Source: a virus
DNA length: 64,000 nt
IMG/VR virus record: IMGVR_UViG_3300036791_000892
Span: 2,967 to 66,966 of that record
Strand: one strand, 5' to 3'
In this document: one piece after another, positions 1 to 8,632 of the stretch
How positions within the stretch are numbered: position 1 is the first letter of the stretch
How the letters are laid out: each line of letters starts with the position of its first letter
Made by a program: the position numbers and the translations under genes
The notes under the pieces: model-generated
Told to the model about the DNA's origin: nothing
The model's database searches: none
Seen by the model: only the letters and a program-made list of their open reading frames with translations

Positions 1-362
1 GAGTCAGTGAGTACAAGATCGGCAATCATGTAGTCAGACATGTCACCCGTTCCTCTACGAGGATTCTGCACGTAACCCATGGCAACGCTACGCCAATTGT
101 TTACGTCCACTCCATTCGTAGGATGGTCATTCGTTACAGGCTTTCCATTAAAGCTCGTTAAAGTAGCTTCACTGAAAAGTTCTACTTCTTCTCTATCGAT
201 GTAGGCTACTCCATCATAGCCTGTCTGGACGGGAGTTTCACCCGGCCCGTACATCATTGTCCCCACACGACCGATGGGAACATCCAGACACACTAAAAAT
301 CCTTCAGGGGTCAGATACCTGCTAGGACCTATCTTTTCGGTAGCGAAGTAACGAGGTTTCAT
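1..362 (-). CDS. DUF2213-like prohead protease/scaffold protein, N-terminal part (truncated by window edge)
   Basis: Manual translation from ATG 362: [34 protein letters not shown]...[17 protein letters not shown] and GKPVTxDHP are typical DUF2213 motifs; follows the MuF gene. Not in ORF track. Confidence 0.8.
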   Translation of the reverse strand, partial: MKPRYFATEKIGPSRYLTPEGFLVCLDVPIGRVGTMMYGPGETPVQTGYDGVAYIDREEVELFSEATLTSFNGKPVTNDHPTNGVDVNNWRSVAMGYVQNPRRGTGDMSDYMIADLVLTD

Positions 363-562
363 TTCTTCGGATAAAGCTCCCGATGATCCTTGTTGATGTC
401 AGCTAGAGTCTTGTCATTGACAGGAAAATAGCTGGCATTGTTGCTCTTACCAGCCTTCTTCATGGCAATGGCTACAGCCTGTTCTTGTGGGTGTCCGGAC
501 TTAACAAGTTCGGCAATGTTTTCACTGATAACTTCCTTGCTCGATCCCTCTTGCAATGGCAT
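359..562 (-). CDS. small head-region protein (MPLxxGxSxxxISENIxELxxSGHPxxQAVAIA type)
   Basis: ORF track; stop overlaps the next ATG (ATGA); motif recalled from phage head modules. Confidence 0.65.
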   Translation of the reverse strand: MPLQEGSSKEVISENIAELVKSGHPQEQAVAIAMKKAGKSNNASYFPVNDKTLADINKDHRELYPKK

Positions 563-1301
563 AGTGACCTCCGATCACGTCTGGCAAAATTGGTTCCGGC
601 CAACAGCGACACAGATAGATAGCTCCAGCATGAGCTCTCTGGCCGTTATCACCGGATACTGGCGGACTACCCCACAAGATAACCTGGCCTTCCAGCTCTC
701 TATGGAGCTGTCTGACATTTGTATCCAATCGAGTGCGCCATATATAAGATGTGCTCCCTACTGACTCTGCTCGAGTTTCCGTGACCAGCGAGGAGGCCCT
801 TCTTGCCGAGGTGATGGCAAGGAAGTTTGACCTCCCCATAGCCACGGAGCCAGTACGGAGGATCTCATCAGTATAGTCAATTCCTTCAGAAAACATCCTC
901 TGGGCATATCCCGAAACTCTATTATAAGCCTCAAGAGGTATTCCAGTAATTAAATCAACCTGTTCACTGAGAAGATTACGTAGAACAATATCAGTATGAA
1001 GCAGACGGGGACGAAGCTCATGACCTACAGAACGCCCAAGGTCAGTCCATGCTTTCAGATCCCGATTGGAAACATCAAGATGCATCTTCTGAGTAATTGA
1101 CAGAGCCCAAGGACGCAGAGCGTCGGAATACTGGCGCATTACCTCATGAAGTCTCGGCAGGTTTCTCAGAGATACCGGCATCATGCCTTTGATGAGACTG
1201 TCCACCTGTTCTGCTACTGAGACCAGTGTTCTCCTGTATTGATTTTCAGCCAGCCCAGTGTGGCGGAATCTTTCTCGAACTAAGCGTCGTTCCTGTATCA
1301 T
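522..1301 (-). CDS. MuF/SPP1 gp7-like head morphogenesis protein
   Basis: YIWRTxxDxxVRxxHxxLEG...W..PP...CRCW.EP motif; located after portal. Confidence 0.85.
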   Translation of the reverse strand: MIQERRLVRERFRHTGLAENQYRRTLVSVAEQVDSLIKGMMPVSLRNLPRLHEVMRQYSDALRPWALSITQKMHLDVSNRDLKAWTDLGRSVGHELRPRLLHTDIVLRNLLSEQVDLITGIPLEAYNRVSGYAQRMFSEGIDYTDEILRTGSVAMGRSNFLAITSARRASSLVTETRAESVGSTSYIWRTRLDTNVRQLHRELEGQVILWGSPPVSGDNGQRAHAGAIYLCRCWPEPILPDVIGGHYAIARGIEQGSYQ

Positions 1302-1311
1302 AAACTTGTTG

Positions 1312-1344
1312 CCCGGGACTAGATAGAAGGATTCTAGTCCCGGG
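1312..1344. terminator. hairpin, probable terminator
   Basis: cccgggactaga N9 tctagtcccggg perfect 12-bp stem in an intergenic gap. Confidence 0.55.
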
Positions 1345-1396
1345 TGTCTCCGCTATTCAACCGAGAGAGGAAAGGTAGCAACCTCGAGCGGAGATT

Positions 1397-1693
1397 TCAC
1401 TCCTTTTCCTTCTTTTCCTTCTTCCCCTTTTTCTCTTCCTTTCCCTCTTTTTCTTTCTTTTCTTTCTCCTCAAATGGATGAACGGCTGTCACAATTCCAT
1501 CTGTCACCACTATGGAGTTCTGCCCGGGAGCTTGAACCATAAGGATTGCTTCAGAACCATCTCCATTCTGAGCGATTGAGGCCAGGTTGGTATTGGTGAC
1601 CGACCACTTCACATTGGGCCCTGGCTGGAGGCTTACCGGGTTTCCCTGTGCATCTTCATTCATGTCTGAGAGCTTAATAGTGTGATTACTCAT
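1397..1693 (-). CDS. hypothetical Ig-like protein with K/E-rich tail
   Basis: ORF with SD; beta-rich sequence; C-terminal EKEKKEKEGKEEKK. Confidence 0.55.
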   Translation of the reverse strand: MSNHTIKLSDMNEDAQGNPVSLQPGPNVKWSVTNTNLASIAQNGDGSEAILMVQAPGQNSIVVTDGIVTAVHPFEEKEKKEKEGKEEKKGKKEKKEKE

Positions 1694-1702
1694 TTTTTCT
1701 CC

Positions 1703-2146
1703 TCAATCGTGTATGCCAACACAGTTAACAGTTGCCACGTTGGCATTAACATTTGCTCCGTAGTTGCCTACGGTGACGATCATTGTAGTTGGGAACTTAC
1801 TTCCTGTTTCTTCAACGACCATGGAACCACTGGTACTGTCCAGAGTACAGACAGCACTGTAGAGACCGTCAACAAAAGGGGTAGGCCAATTTATTGTTGT
1901 ACTGCAAGTGCCATAGGTTATTGCCGGAGTAGTACAGGTTAGCTGCCTGACGTGCTGGAAACCCTTCCCAGGAGGTACACCGGTATTGATCCTTAGAGTA
2001 GTTACAGCGGCACTGCTCGGAGTCGTAGCGCCAAGTGATGTGCTGTCAACTGTGCTGTTTACCATCACTACGCTGGTTAATCTGGTAACTCCCCAGGACA
2101 GGATACACACGGCGAGAAAGAAAGCGATAATCTTTAGAGTCTTCAT
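1703..2146 (-). CDS. hypothetical Thr-rich protein with N-terminal signal/TM segment (gp53/H-type-lectin-like beta fold possible)
   Basis: MKTLKIIAFFLAVCILSWG; SD GGAG upstream. Confidence 0.6.
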   Translation of the reverse strand: MKTLKIIAFFLAVCILSWGVTRLTSVVMVNSTVDSTSLGATTPSSAAVTTLRINTGVPPGKGFQHVRQLTCTTPAITYGTCSTTINWPTPFVDGLYSAVCTLDSTSGSMVVEETGSKFPTTMIVTVGNYGANVNANVATVNCVGIHD

Positions 2147-2161
2147 ATTTTATTTTCTCCT

Positions 2162-4126
2162 TCAAGAAGGCCGAGTAACCTGACCCTGAATATCTCCCAC
2201 AGCATGTTGCAAATCAGCCTTGGTAATCCACGCTTTAAACTGATCTACTGACATAGATGTTACGGCACCGATACGTGCTGGTCCAGAACCATCGCTCCAG
2301 CTCTTGATGTAAGCAGCCAGAGCAGCATCCTGACTGTCAAAACCCAACATTACCTTATGCTCATCAAAGTGGGCAGGACTGAGACTCAGCTGGTCAATAA
2401 CAAATACGTAGGGGCTGGAGGGATCAGGCCCGAGGTAAGCGTCAAGCTGATCCCCATCAGCCCCGGTATGGGCACGAATATACCCATAATCTACAGGCAT
2501 AACACTTTCCCAATCTTTACCTCGTCTTACACTTCCTGCGGGATTTTCAATGACCATATATAAGCCGGTGTGCCAAGCCAGTGTTGAGGCTGAGCTATCT
2601 TGCGTGGGGCCATTCTGTGTGGGCTTGCCATTCGACTTAGTTCCTCGCGTTCCCCACTCACCACGTCCCCATGATGGATCGTTGACTCCTGCTTCACGAC
2701 CCTCAGGGACTTCAGTACCAGCCTTGATAGCAGCGACCTGTACAGGTACAGGCAGCGGAGGTAGATCGTATTCAGCATTACGAATCTCTTCATCGCTGAT
2801 GCTCTCAAACCTGCCAGTAGTATATGATGACGCGCGAAGTTCCTTCAGTGAATCCTGGCGATTGATAATACCAGCCTCATGAGCCTCACGTGTTGTCCTC
2901 TCATCTTTGGATGCAATCTCTGACTTCTCCGTGTCCGTAAGCTGCCATAGAGGCTTGAAGTCAATGACAAACCCATCAGGTATGCTGATGCCCAGAGATT
3001 GAGCTGTAGCACGGAACATAGCTGTCATAGGTATGGTGAGGTCTGAAACCTGTCTCTGTCGGATGCCATCATAATATGTACGCAGATCACTTTCCCCGCT
3101 GGCATTCAGTCCTGTGGGGCTCTGACCAAGCAGCCGGACCAGCGGTATCTGTAAAGCTCCAGAAAGCTGCTGCCCCAGCTGGAGAAGCAACTCAGCGATT
3201 CCACTGAAGGCGTTGTGAACATGTCCCTCGAACTTGTCCTTGGCATCCAGCAGCGTGACACCTTCAATACTCTGAAATCGCCGCATCATGTCTACGTATT
3301 TGGTGAGACCGTCTAACGCTTTTCCTCCCTGTGATGCGATAGTCCTCAAACCCTCGATAGAGTAGGTACGGATGTAAGCCTTGTAGACGAGTTGTGATGC
3401 GCCTGTTGTTGCGCTGTCGTAAGCAATCATCCTATCGTAGATACGCTCCAGGACCGACAGACCCCACAGGTTTTCTGTGACTGACTGGTTAAACGGAAGT
3501 TCAATTCCCACAAGACGGAGGCAACGGGTGTGGTGTATCTTCATGCCGCGATATGCCTGTGCTGTGCTCATGATCTTGTAATACTTAGGCAGCCCCATCT
3601 CAGGACCGAGCTCAGTGATAAGATCATTAAAGCTAGGCTCGATCTGCCAGCGGTCCAGTACCATTAAACCCCTGAACTGGTCTTTACCGACACTCTGCAA
3701 GCGGAATGGTGTCTGTGGGTCCTGACCATCAATCAGTATTACTCCGATAGCACCACCATACAGACGGCTCCATTTTATTGTCTGGTTTACTTTTTTCCAC
3801 AGCTTCAGACGGACAAATTCTTCATGTATCTTCTCAGCGTCGGACGATGGAAGCCTCCCGCGGATATCGATTCCAGCACGGGTCATGTCGTCAGCTACTA
3901 AGTCAATGGCTACGCCGCCAAGCCATGATCCTCGGTGAATCCATTCAAGCATCTGCCTCTGGCGAGTGATGGGATTAAAACCGTATGAACCACCGGTAGT
4001 AATATTGTCGTTTCCCAAGCCCATCTTAGCGATGAAGTTCGTGAATGAGTCTGCCGAACGGGCCAAAGCCTTCTTCTCTGCTGAGGATGCAGATCTCATT
4101 GCTTGTTTTATTGACAACTTTGACAT
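2162..4126 (-). CDS. portal protein (DUF1073 type) with C-terminal inorganic-pyrophosphatase-like domain
   Basis: WSRLYGG, IHHTR, IPLVRLLGQSPTGLNASGESDLRTYYD portal motifs; C-terminus IENPAGSVR...DYGYI...GADGDQLD...FDEHKVMLGF. Confidence 0.9.
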   Translation of the reverse strand: MSKLSIKQAMRSASSAEKKALARSADSFTNFIAKMGLGNDNITTGGSYGFNPITRQRQMLEWIHRGSWLGGVAIDLVADDMTRAGIDIRGRLPSSDAEKIHEEFVRLKLWKKVNQTIKWSRLYGGAIGVILIDGQDPQTPFRLQSVGKDQFRGLMVLDRWQIEPSFNDLITELGPEMGLPKYYKIMSTAQAYRGMKIHHTRCLRLVGIELPFNQSVTENLWGLSVLERIYDRMIAYDSATTGASQLVYKAYIRTYSIEGLRTIASQGGKALDGLTKYVDMMRRFQSIEGVTLLDAKDKFEGHVHNAFSGIAELLLQLGQQLSGALQIPLVRLLGQSPTGLNASGESDLRTYYDGIRQRQVSDLTIPMTAMFRATAQSLGISIPDGFVIDFKPLWQLTDTEKSEIASKDERTTREAHEAGIINRQDSLKELRASSYTTGRFESISDEEIRNAEYDLPPLPVPVQVAAIKAGTEVPEGREAGVNDPSWGRGEWGTRGTKSNGKPTQNGPTQDSSASTLAWHTGLYMVIENPAGSVRRGKDWESVMPVDYGYIRAHTGADGDQLDAYLGPDPSSPYVFVIDQLSLSPAHFDEHKVMLGFDSQDAALAAYIKSWSDGSGPARIGAVTSMSVDQFKAWITKADLQHAVGDIQGQVTRPS

Positions 4127-4262
4127 CCCTGAAATGATATACCATGAGCTGGGTGCCTTGTCAAGCTAAGATGAGAAATCCTACGGTGATATGAAATCCT
4201 ACGTGTGATGTGGGATAATGTGGGAGTATGATGATGGGAGTGTAACTTAAGTTACGTGTGGT

Positions 4263-5549
4263 TTATTGTGATAAGCGTTCCCACTGTGCCAATTCGCCGC
4301 GCTGCATGATGAACAGGTCATGCGCGTAGCGTACTGAGTCCCACCCGTGATTGTGTCTGTCTTGGATGATAGGCAGCACTTCTCCTGTGACCCGATCGAC
4401 CTTATACGAATACAACCGTGCCTCTTCCTGCATATGCTTGCATGATGCGTGAATATGGATCTGGCGAAACGCCTTGAGATGCGCGATACCATCTTCCACT
4501 GAGCCCGGCCATTTTTCGCTTGGGGTGATATTAAACCCGCGTTTAGCCAGGTAGCTGATGGACTCCGGCCGGGATGAGTCAGCGTGTATGGGCCAGGTCT
4601 TTGCCGTATGAATGCCGTGTGCGGAACTCTCTCCTGGGTTAGCATTAGGATCTCCCTCGTTGATAAAACTCTCATAATCATCAATCTCAATGTTAAAGCC
4701 AAAAATCTCACGGTCTATCCACAAATCCTCGTCCGGAGGCTCACCCGTAGTATAGCTGCGCGTGAGCGCCATAGGATCATTAGCAAAACCAAAATCCAGT
4801 CCATGACGGAACAGCGGTGATGATGTGATAGTAAGATTATTGAGTGAGGATGGGTCTGGTGTAGTCCAGGTTTCAATCACGTAGCGATTCTTGAAGATGA
4901 CTGAGCTGCCAATCTTACGTGTGTTTCCTTCCCACACATGTTCGTAGGCTTCAGGGTCGATGGAGAGCATGTAAACACGTTCTTTTTCCAGTGTCGGGGG
5001 AAACCATGGATTGCGGTCCCAATTGACCTTAAGAATATCTGTATCTGGAGGGGTATTTACTACAAAACGCTGGTAGGTATCATCAGTCTCCTCCAGAGGA
5101 TTGAATGAGACCCAAATCTCTGAGCCGGTTTTTCGTATCGTCGGTATCAGTACTTCCCACGAGGATGATGATACAAGCTGGGCTTCTTCAACCCAGCAGA
5201 TGTCGATAGCCTCTGTGGACTTAATCTCATTAAAATTATGGCGGAGACCCTTGAAAATGAATTCGGTACCTGTGAGGCGATGTGTAATGGAAGTCTTGGT
5301 GACATCAAACCATTGGGATAATTGGAGAAGGTCTATCATGTCAACCAGGAGGCGGTGGACTGAATCTTTGATCGATGTTTGTAATTCGCGTGCACACAGG
5401 ATACGGAGGCGTTTTTCGGTAGCTAGGATGAGCAGAGCTCTCGCAAATGACCAGCTCTTAAGTCCACCCCTGCCACCATAGCGCACCTTGTAGCGCATGG
5501 GACGAAAGAGACCAGCATACTCCGGAGTAAACTGCGCATTAATCTGCAT
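4263..5549 (-). CDS. terL: terminase large subunit (PBSX type)
   Basis: YGGRGGLKS Walker A, CARE, WVEEA Walker B, SFNP, GLDFGF nuclease and NHGWDSVRYA motifs. Confidence 0.95.
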   Translation of the reverse strand: MQINAQFTPEYAGLFRPMRYKVRYGGRGGLKSWSFARALLILATEKRLRILCARELQTSIKDSVHRLLVDMIDLLQLSQWFDVTKTSITHRLTGTEFIFKGLRHNFNEIKSTEAIDICWVEEAQLVSSSSWEVLIPTIRKTGSEIWVSFNPLEETDDTYQRFVVNTPPDTDILKVNWDRNPWFPPTLEKERVYMLSIDPEAYEHVWEGNTRKIGSSVIFKNRYVIETWTTPDPSSLNNLTITSSPLFRHGLDFGFANDPMALTRSYTTGEPPDEDLWIDREIFGFNIEIDDYESFINEGDPNANPGESSAHGIHTAKTWPIHADSSRPESISYLAKRGFNITPSEKWPGSVEDGIAHLKAFRQIHIHASCKHMQEEARLYSYKVDRVTGEVLPIIQDRHNHGWDSVRYAHDLFIMQRGELAQWERLSQ

Positions 5550-5585
5550 TAGGGAATTGTATCAGAGGCTATGCCGCTCAGTCAA
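5550..5585 (-). promoter_or_regulatory. sigma70-like promoter for leaderless terL
   Basis: TTGACT-18 bp-(TG)-TACAAT, then 6 nt to the terL ATG; no SD. Confidence 0.6.
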
Positions 5586-5733
5586 GGCATGGGACGTTTG
5601 TAGGAATTTGGGAAAAAAATTTTGGCAACTTCGTGATTTTACAAAATCCTATCCCTGTATCAGGGCAACCTTGCGGTTGGCCAGAAATAAGAATGCTTCT
5701 CCAAGCAATTCAAATACCAAACTGCGAAAAAAA

Positions 5734-5755
5734 TTCTTATACGAACGTATAAGAA
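5734..5755. promoter_or_regulatory. palindromic operator-like site TTCTTATACG-AA-CGTATAAGAA
   Basis: perfect 10-bp inverted repeat, identical copy at 6129-6150. Confidence 0.8.
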
Positions 5756-5771
5756 ATAATTTCTAACCCCC

Positions 5772-5800
5772 TTGACAAAATTCGTATAAGAAATTATTAT
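5772..5800 (+). promoter_or_regulatory. cassette promoter 1 with operator half-site in spacer
   Basis: TTGACA-17-TATTAT, CGTATAAGAA at 5783-5792, ATG 7 nt after the -10. Confidence 0.85.
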
Positions 5801-5807
5801 CTTATTC

Positions 5808-6086
5808 ATGGACACGCTAGTAAATGACGCAATCGAAACGAACGATCAAGCCAATTCAGGCACAATAACAATCGAAAAGACATCCAAGCCAGTCAAGACA
5901 TCCAAGCCAGTCAAGTCTGAAAAGACAATGACGACACGCGACATGGCCAAAATTCTTGGCATAACATCCAAGCAATTGCGTCGCATCTTACGCGACACGG
6001 ACAAGTATGACGACGGCAAATATACGCGCTATTTGCTGACAAAAAGCGACTTGGATGCTGTCAAGAAAAAAATAGCTGGCAAGTAA
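5808..6086 (+). CDS. small HTH DNA-binding protein (paralogue of 10784 and 18688)
   Basis: MTTRDMAKILGITSKQLRRILR HTH signature; KTSKPV duplicated linker. Confidence 0.8.
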   Translation: MDTLVNDAIETNDQANSGTITIEKTSKPVKTSKPVKSEKTMTTRDMAKILGITSKQLRRILRDTDKYDDGKYTRYLLTKSDLDAVKKKIAGK

Positions 6087-6097
6087 ATCCAGACACG

Positions 6098-6130
6098 GAC
6101 GCGCTAGTCATCAAGCTAGCGCGTCATTTT
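6098..6130 (+). terminator. intrinsic terminator
   Basis: gacgcgctag N8 ctagcgcgtc followed by atttt. Confidence 0.75.
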
Positions 6131-6150
6131 CTTATACGAACGTATAAGAA
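6129..6150. promoter_or_regulatory. second full palindromic operator-like site
   Basis: TTCTTATACGAACGTATAAGAA. Confidence 0.8.
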
Positions 6151-6169
6151 AAAAATTCGAGGAGGTTTT

Positions 6170-6313
6170 ATGCTATTAGTTACTGACCCGCAAGAAAGAC
6201 GTATGAACATCGCCGCCATGCTAGAACGCGCCACCCCCTGCTGGCAAGCCCTAAACCCCATACCTCGGGCATCTGCCCTGCTCCAGACCCCAGCCCCCGG
6301 AGGAGACAAATAA
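6170..6313 (+). CDS. hypothetical 47-aa protein
   Basis: GGAGG SD, ATG 6170, stop abuts GTG of next gene; not in ORF track. Confidence 0.45.
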   Translation: MLLVTDPQERRMNIAAMLERATPCWQALNPIPRASALLQTPAPGGDK

Positions 6314-6526
6314 GTGGATCCCAATACAGTCACAGCCGCGCTATTGCTGATCGGCCTAGCCGGTTTTACGATCGGCTTCTACTTCCTCCCGACCACCATC
6401 GCCGGGCTGCGAAAACACAAAAACACCTTCATGATCCTCTCCCTGAACCTTGTTTTTGGGTGGACGATAATCGGGTGGTTCGCTCTGATAATCTTCGCTT
6501 GCGCATCCCAAGATAGGAAAGCATGA
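6314..6526 (+). CDS. superinfection immunity protein (T4 Imm-like)
   Basis: YFLPTxIAxxRKHxN...LNLxxGWTIIGW signature. Confidence 0.85.
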   Translation: MDPNTVTAALLLIGLAGFTIGFYFLPTTIAGLRKHKNTFMILSLNLVFGWTIIGWFALIIFACASQDRKA

Positions 6527-6651
6527 AAAACGACAAAAAACTTCTCCTCGTCATCTCCTTCACCTCCATCGCATGGGCGGTGCTCTCAGGCTCACTCCTC
6601 TCCATCCTCATCCTCATCGCAATATCAACCTACATCGTCATCTCATCCTAA
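6523..6651 (+). CDS. small hydrophobic membrane protein, 42 aa
   Basis: ATGA overlap with the imm-like gene; MKNDKKLLLVISFTSIAWAVLSGSLLSILILIAISTYIVISS. Confidence 0.55.
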   Translation: MKNDKKLLLVISFTSIAWAVLSGSLLSILILIAISTYIVISS

Positions 6652-6773
6652 CCCGAATGGGAGATCCTCCGATCTCTCATTCTTTTGCGTTGGGGTGATC
6701 ACCACCAACACCACCAACACCCCGATTGGTTCGGGATCCCCTCGATCACCCCCAAAAATAAATCTCCACCCCC

Positions 6774-6802
6774 TTGACATGGGATTGGCTTTCTTATACG
6801 AT
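6774..6802 (+). promoter_or_regulatory. cassette promoter 2, operator overlaps -10
   Basis: TTGACA-17-TACGAT; TTCTTATACG at 6791-6800; ATG 6 nt later. Confidence 0.8.
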
Positions 6803-6808
6803 TCTTGC

Positions 6809-7045
6809 ATGGACATGAATCAAATTCGCAACTTATTGCTAGCGCAACAAAAACATATTGGCACGATATCAACCAGACAATTTGGCATAGACGAATTTTA
6901 CGATGTCACACGATCAGCTCTTGACTTGGCATCACAACTTCTTGACATCGTACAAGACGGCAACCCCCAAGACTTTGAAAACCTCGATCTTGACAATTTT
7001 GACAACACTGGCATATGTCAAGAAATCCTCGATATCAAGTCATAA
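6809..7045 (+). CDS. small acidic protein, G[IV]CQxIxD family member 1 (leaderless)
   Basis: start reassigned to ATG 6809; similar to 7761 and 8633. Confidence 0.75.
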   Translation: MDMNQIRNLLLAQQKHIGTISTRQFGIDEFYDVTRSALDLASQLLDIVQDGNPQDFENLDLDNFDNTGICQEILDIKS

Positions 7046-7101
7046 CAAAATCCCCCGAAAACGAATCGGGGGTTTGTGTTGAAATTGAGATCACCACCCC
7101 C

Positions 7102-7130
7102 TTGACAAAATAAATCCCTTCGTTTATCAT
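7102..7130 (+). promoter_or_regulatory. cassette promoter 3
   Basis: TTGACA-17-TATCAT, ATG 6 nt later. Confidence 0.8.
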
Positions 7131-7136
7131 GTCTGT

Positions 7137-7415
7137 ATGTCAAACATATCTCATACTTGCCAAGACCAACCTCACTTGGCTTGTCCCGCTTGCAAATCCG
7201 CAAACGTCTATGAATTCTTCACCGAACAACTCGGTCACCCACCAACCGACGAAACACTGAAAGAGCTCCTGATCACCGACCCCTGCGGCAGAGATTGCAT
7301 GAAGGTCATTATGGCTGCAAGACTGTACATGATCCTCGCCGACCCCCACCCCGGTGTGACTGCACCACTTCTCACGTCAGTCGATTGCGCGGTTGGAATC
7401 CTCTGGCATGGCTAA
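7137..7415 (+). CDS. hypothetical Cys/His-containing protein (leaderless)
   Basis: ORF track; own promoter and downstream hairpin. Confidence 0.7.
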   Translation: MSNISHTCQDQPHLACPACKSANVYEFFTEQLGHPPTDETLKELLITDPCGRDCMKVIMAARLYMILADPHPGVTAPLLTSVDCAVGILWHG

Positions 7416-7471
7416 ACTAACCCCCACAGACGAAACGCTCGTTTGGGGGGTTTAACACCAACACCAGCCCC

Positions 7472-7500
7472 TTGACAGACATATTCCACTTTGATACAAT
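7472..7500 (+). promoter_or_regulatory. cassette promoter 4
   Basis: TTGACA-17-TACAAT with TG extension, ATG 6 nt later. Confidence 0.85.
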
Positions 7501-7506
7501 TTACTT

Positions 7507-7677
7507 ATGAAAACTGAACAAATCGTTTCCGAACTCCAACGCCTTTTTGCACTTCTTACTGACAATGCCCAACCCATCCCACCGTACAAAATCACCAACA
7601 ACCAAGACAAGCTCCTGGAGGTTGCTAAGGGTTTAGACCACCTGGCTGACAAACTCCTTGACTCGATTGACAGCTAA
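7507..7677 (+). CDS. hypothetical 56-aa protein (leaderless)
   Basis: MKTEQIVSELQRLFALLTDNAQPIPPYKITNNQDKLLEVAKGLDHLADKLLDSIDS; fills the gap between promoter and hairpin; not in ORF track. Confidence 0.75.
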   Translation: MKTEQIVSELQRLFALLTDNAQPIPPYKITNNQDKLLEVAKGLDHLADKLLDSIDS

Positions 7678-7725
7678 ACCCCATGAGGGGTTAGTGTAGG
7701 GGTGATCACCAACACCACCAGCCCC

Positions 7726-7754
7726 TTGACTAGGAGTTTATTTTCTTATACGAT
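7726..7754 (+). promoter_or_regulatory. cassette promoter 5, operator overlaps -10
   Basis: TTGACT-17-TACGAT; TTCTTATACG at 7743-7752. Confidence 0.8.
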
Positions 7755-7760
7755 TATTGC

Positions 7761-8150
7761 ATGACAATTTTCAATTCTGGCACGTTAACCCGCGAAACAT
7801 TACGTAAACTAACCCTTGCTCAACTTAAATATATGTCCACCCTCGCAACTGACGATGACTGGCAACACTCCGACGAAACGAATGATAATCTAACCTCAGC
7901 AATTACGCTCGCCGACCTTCTCCACGATCTGACAATCGATACAAGCATGAAAAATTCTGAATCTCAAGAATTTCAAGACACCCTCGATATGGCAAGATAC
8001 ATCTTCGATAACAAACTCCACTTGTTTACGGGTGGCATTTGCCAAGAAATTCATGACCTTCACCCTCGATCGCTCGATGACAATTTCGAACCACCTCCTC
8101 CAACCTCACATAAAAACACCCGGTGGGTTCATGCTTGGATATTTGATTAA
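7761..8150 (+). CDS. acidic protein, G[IV]CQxIxD family member 2 (leaderless)
   Basis: LAQLK...GICQEIHDLH. Confidence 0.75.
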   Translation: MTIFNSGTLTRETLRKLTLAQLKYMSTLATDDDWQHSDETNDNLTSAITLADLLHDLTIDTSMKNSESQEFQDTLDMARYIFDNKLHLFTGGICQEIHDLHPRSLDDNFEPPPPTSHKNTRWVHAWIFD

Positions 8151-8203
8151 ACACCATCAGACTAGAAATAGTCTGAGTCGTCAATACCAACACCTCCTTC
8201 CCC

Positions 8204-8232
8204 TTGACGAGGAGTTTATTTTCTTATACGAT
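8204..8232 (+). promoter_or_regulatory. cassette promoter 6, operator overlaps -10
   Basis: TTGACG-17-TACGAT; spacer AGGAGTTTATTTTCTTA identical to promoter 5. Confidence 0.8.
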
Positions 8233-8238
8233 TTATGC

Positions 8239-8550
8239 ATGACATATCAAAACCTCTTGCAAGCAATTGACGCGAAACTTGACTTAACCATCGACAACCT
8301 CACCTCCGAATTTGGCAATGAGGGTGCTGACATCGGGGATGCGGGAAATGCGATGGAGCTAATTGGCAATGCCATCGGGGACGATCATGAATCATACACC
8401 GCTGAGGAGTTTATTGCCAATCTAGCCAAAACCCTCGAACTCCCCAAATCCGAAATTCAAACCGCCTGGGATGAAATGAAATCGTGGGATAACAAGCAAT
8501 GGCATGACGCATTTAAAACTTATGACGCATACCCCGGCTTTCGGGGATAG
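8239..8550 (+). CDS. acidic hypothetical protein (leaderless)
   Basis: start reassigned to ATG 8239: MTYQNLLQAIDAK... Confidence 0.75.
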   Translation: MTYQNLLQAIDAKLDLTIDNLTSEFGNEGADIGDAGNAMELIGNAIGDDHESYTAEEFIANLAKTLELPKSEIQTAWDEMKSWDNKQWHDAFKTYDAYPGFRG

Positions 8551-8597
8551 CATCGAACAAACCCCACAATGTGGGGTGTTCGAGTCGCAAAAATCCC

Positions 8598-8626
8598 TTG
8601 ACAAGAGATTCGTTTTCTTATACGAT
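8598..8626 (+). promoter_or_regulatory. cassette promoter 7, operator overlaps -10
   Basis: TTGACA-17-TACGAT; TTCTTATACG at 8615-8624. Confidence 0.8.
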
Positions 8627-8632
8627 TCAGGC

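Noticed and set aside
2162-4126. Anti-CBASS Acb1 label sometimes attached to DUF1073 proteins
   Set aside because: No pair of HxT phosphoesterase motifs recognised in the C-terminal domain; position and motifs indicate a portal with a PPase-like extension.
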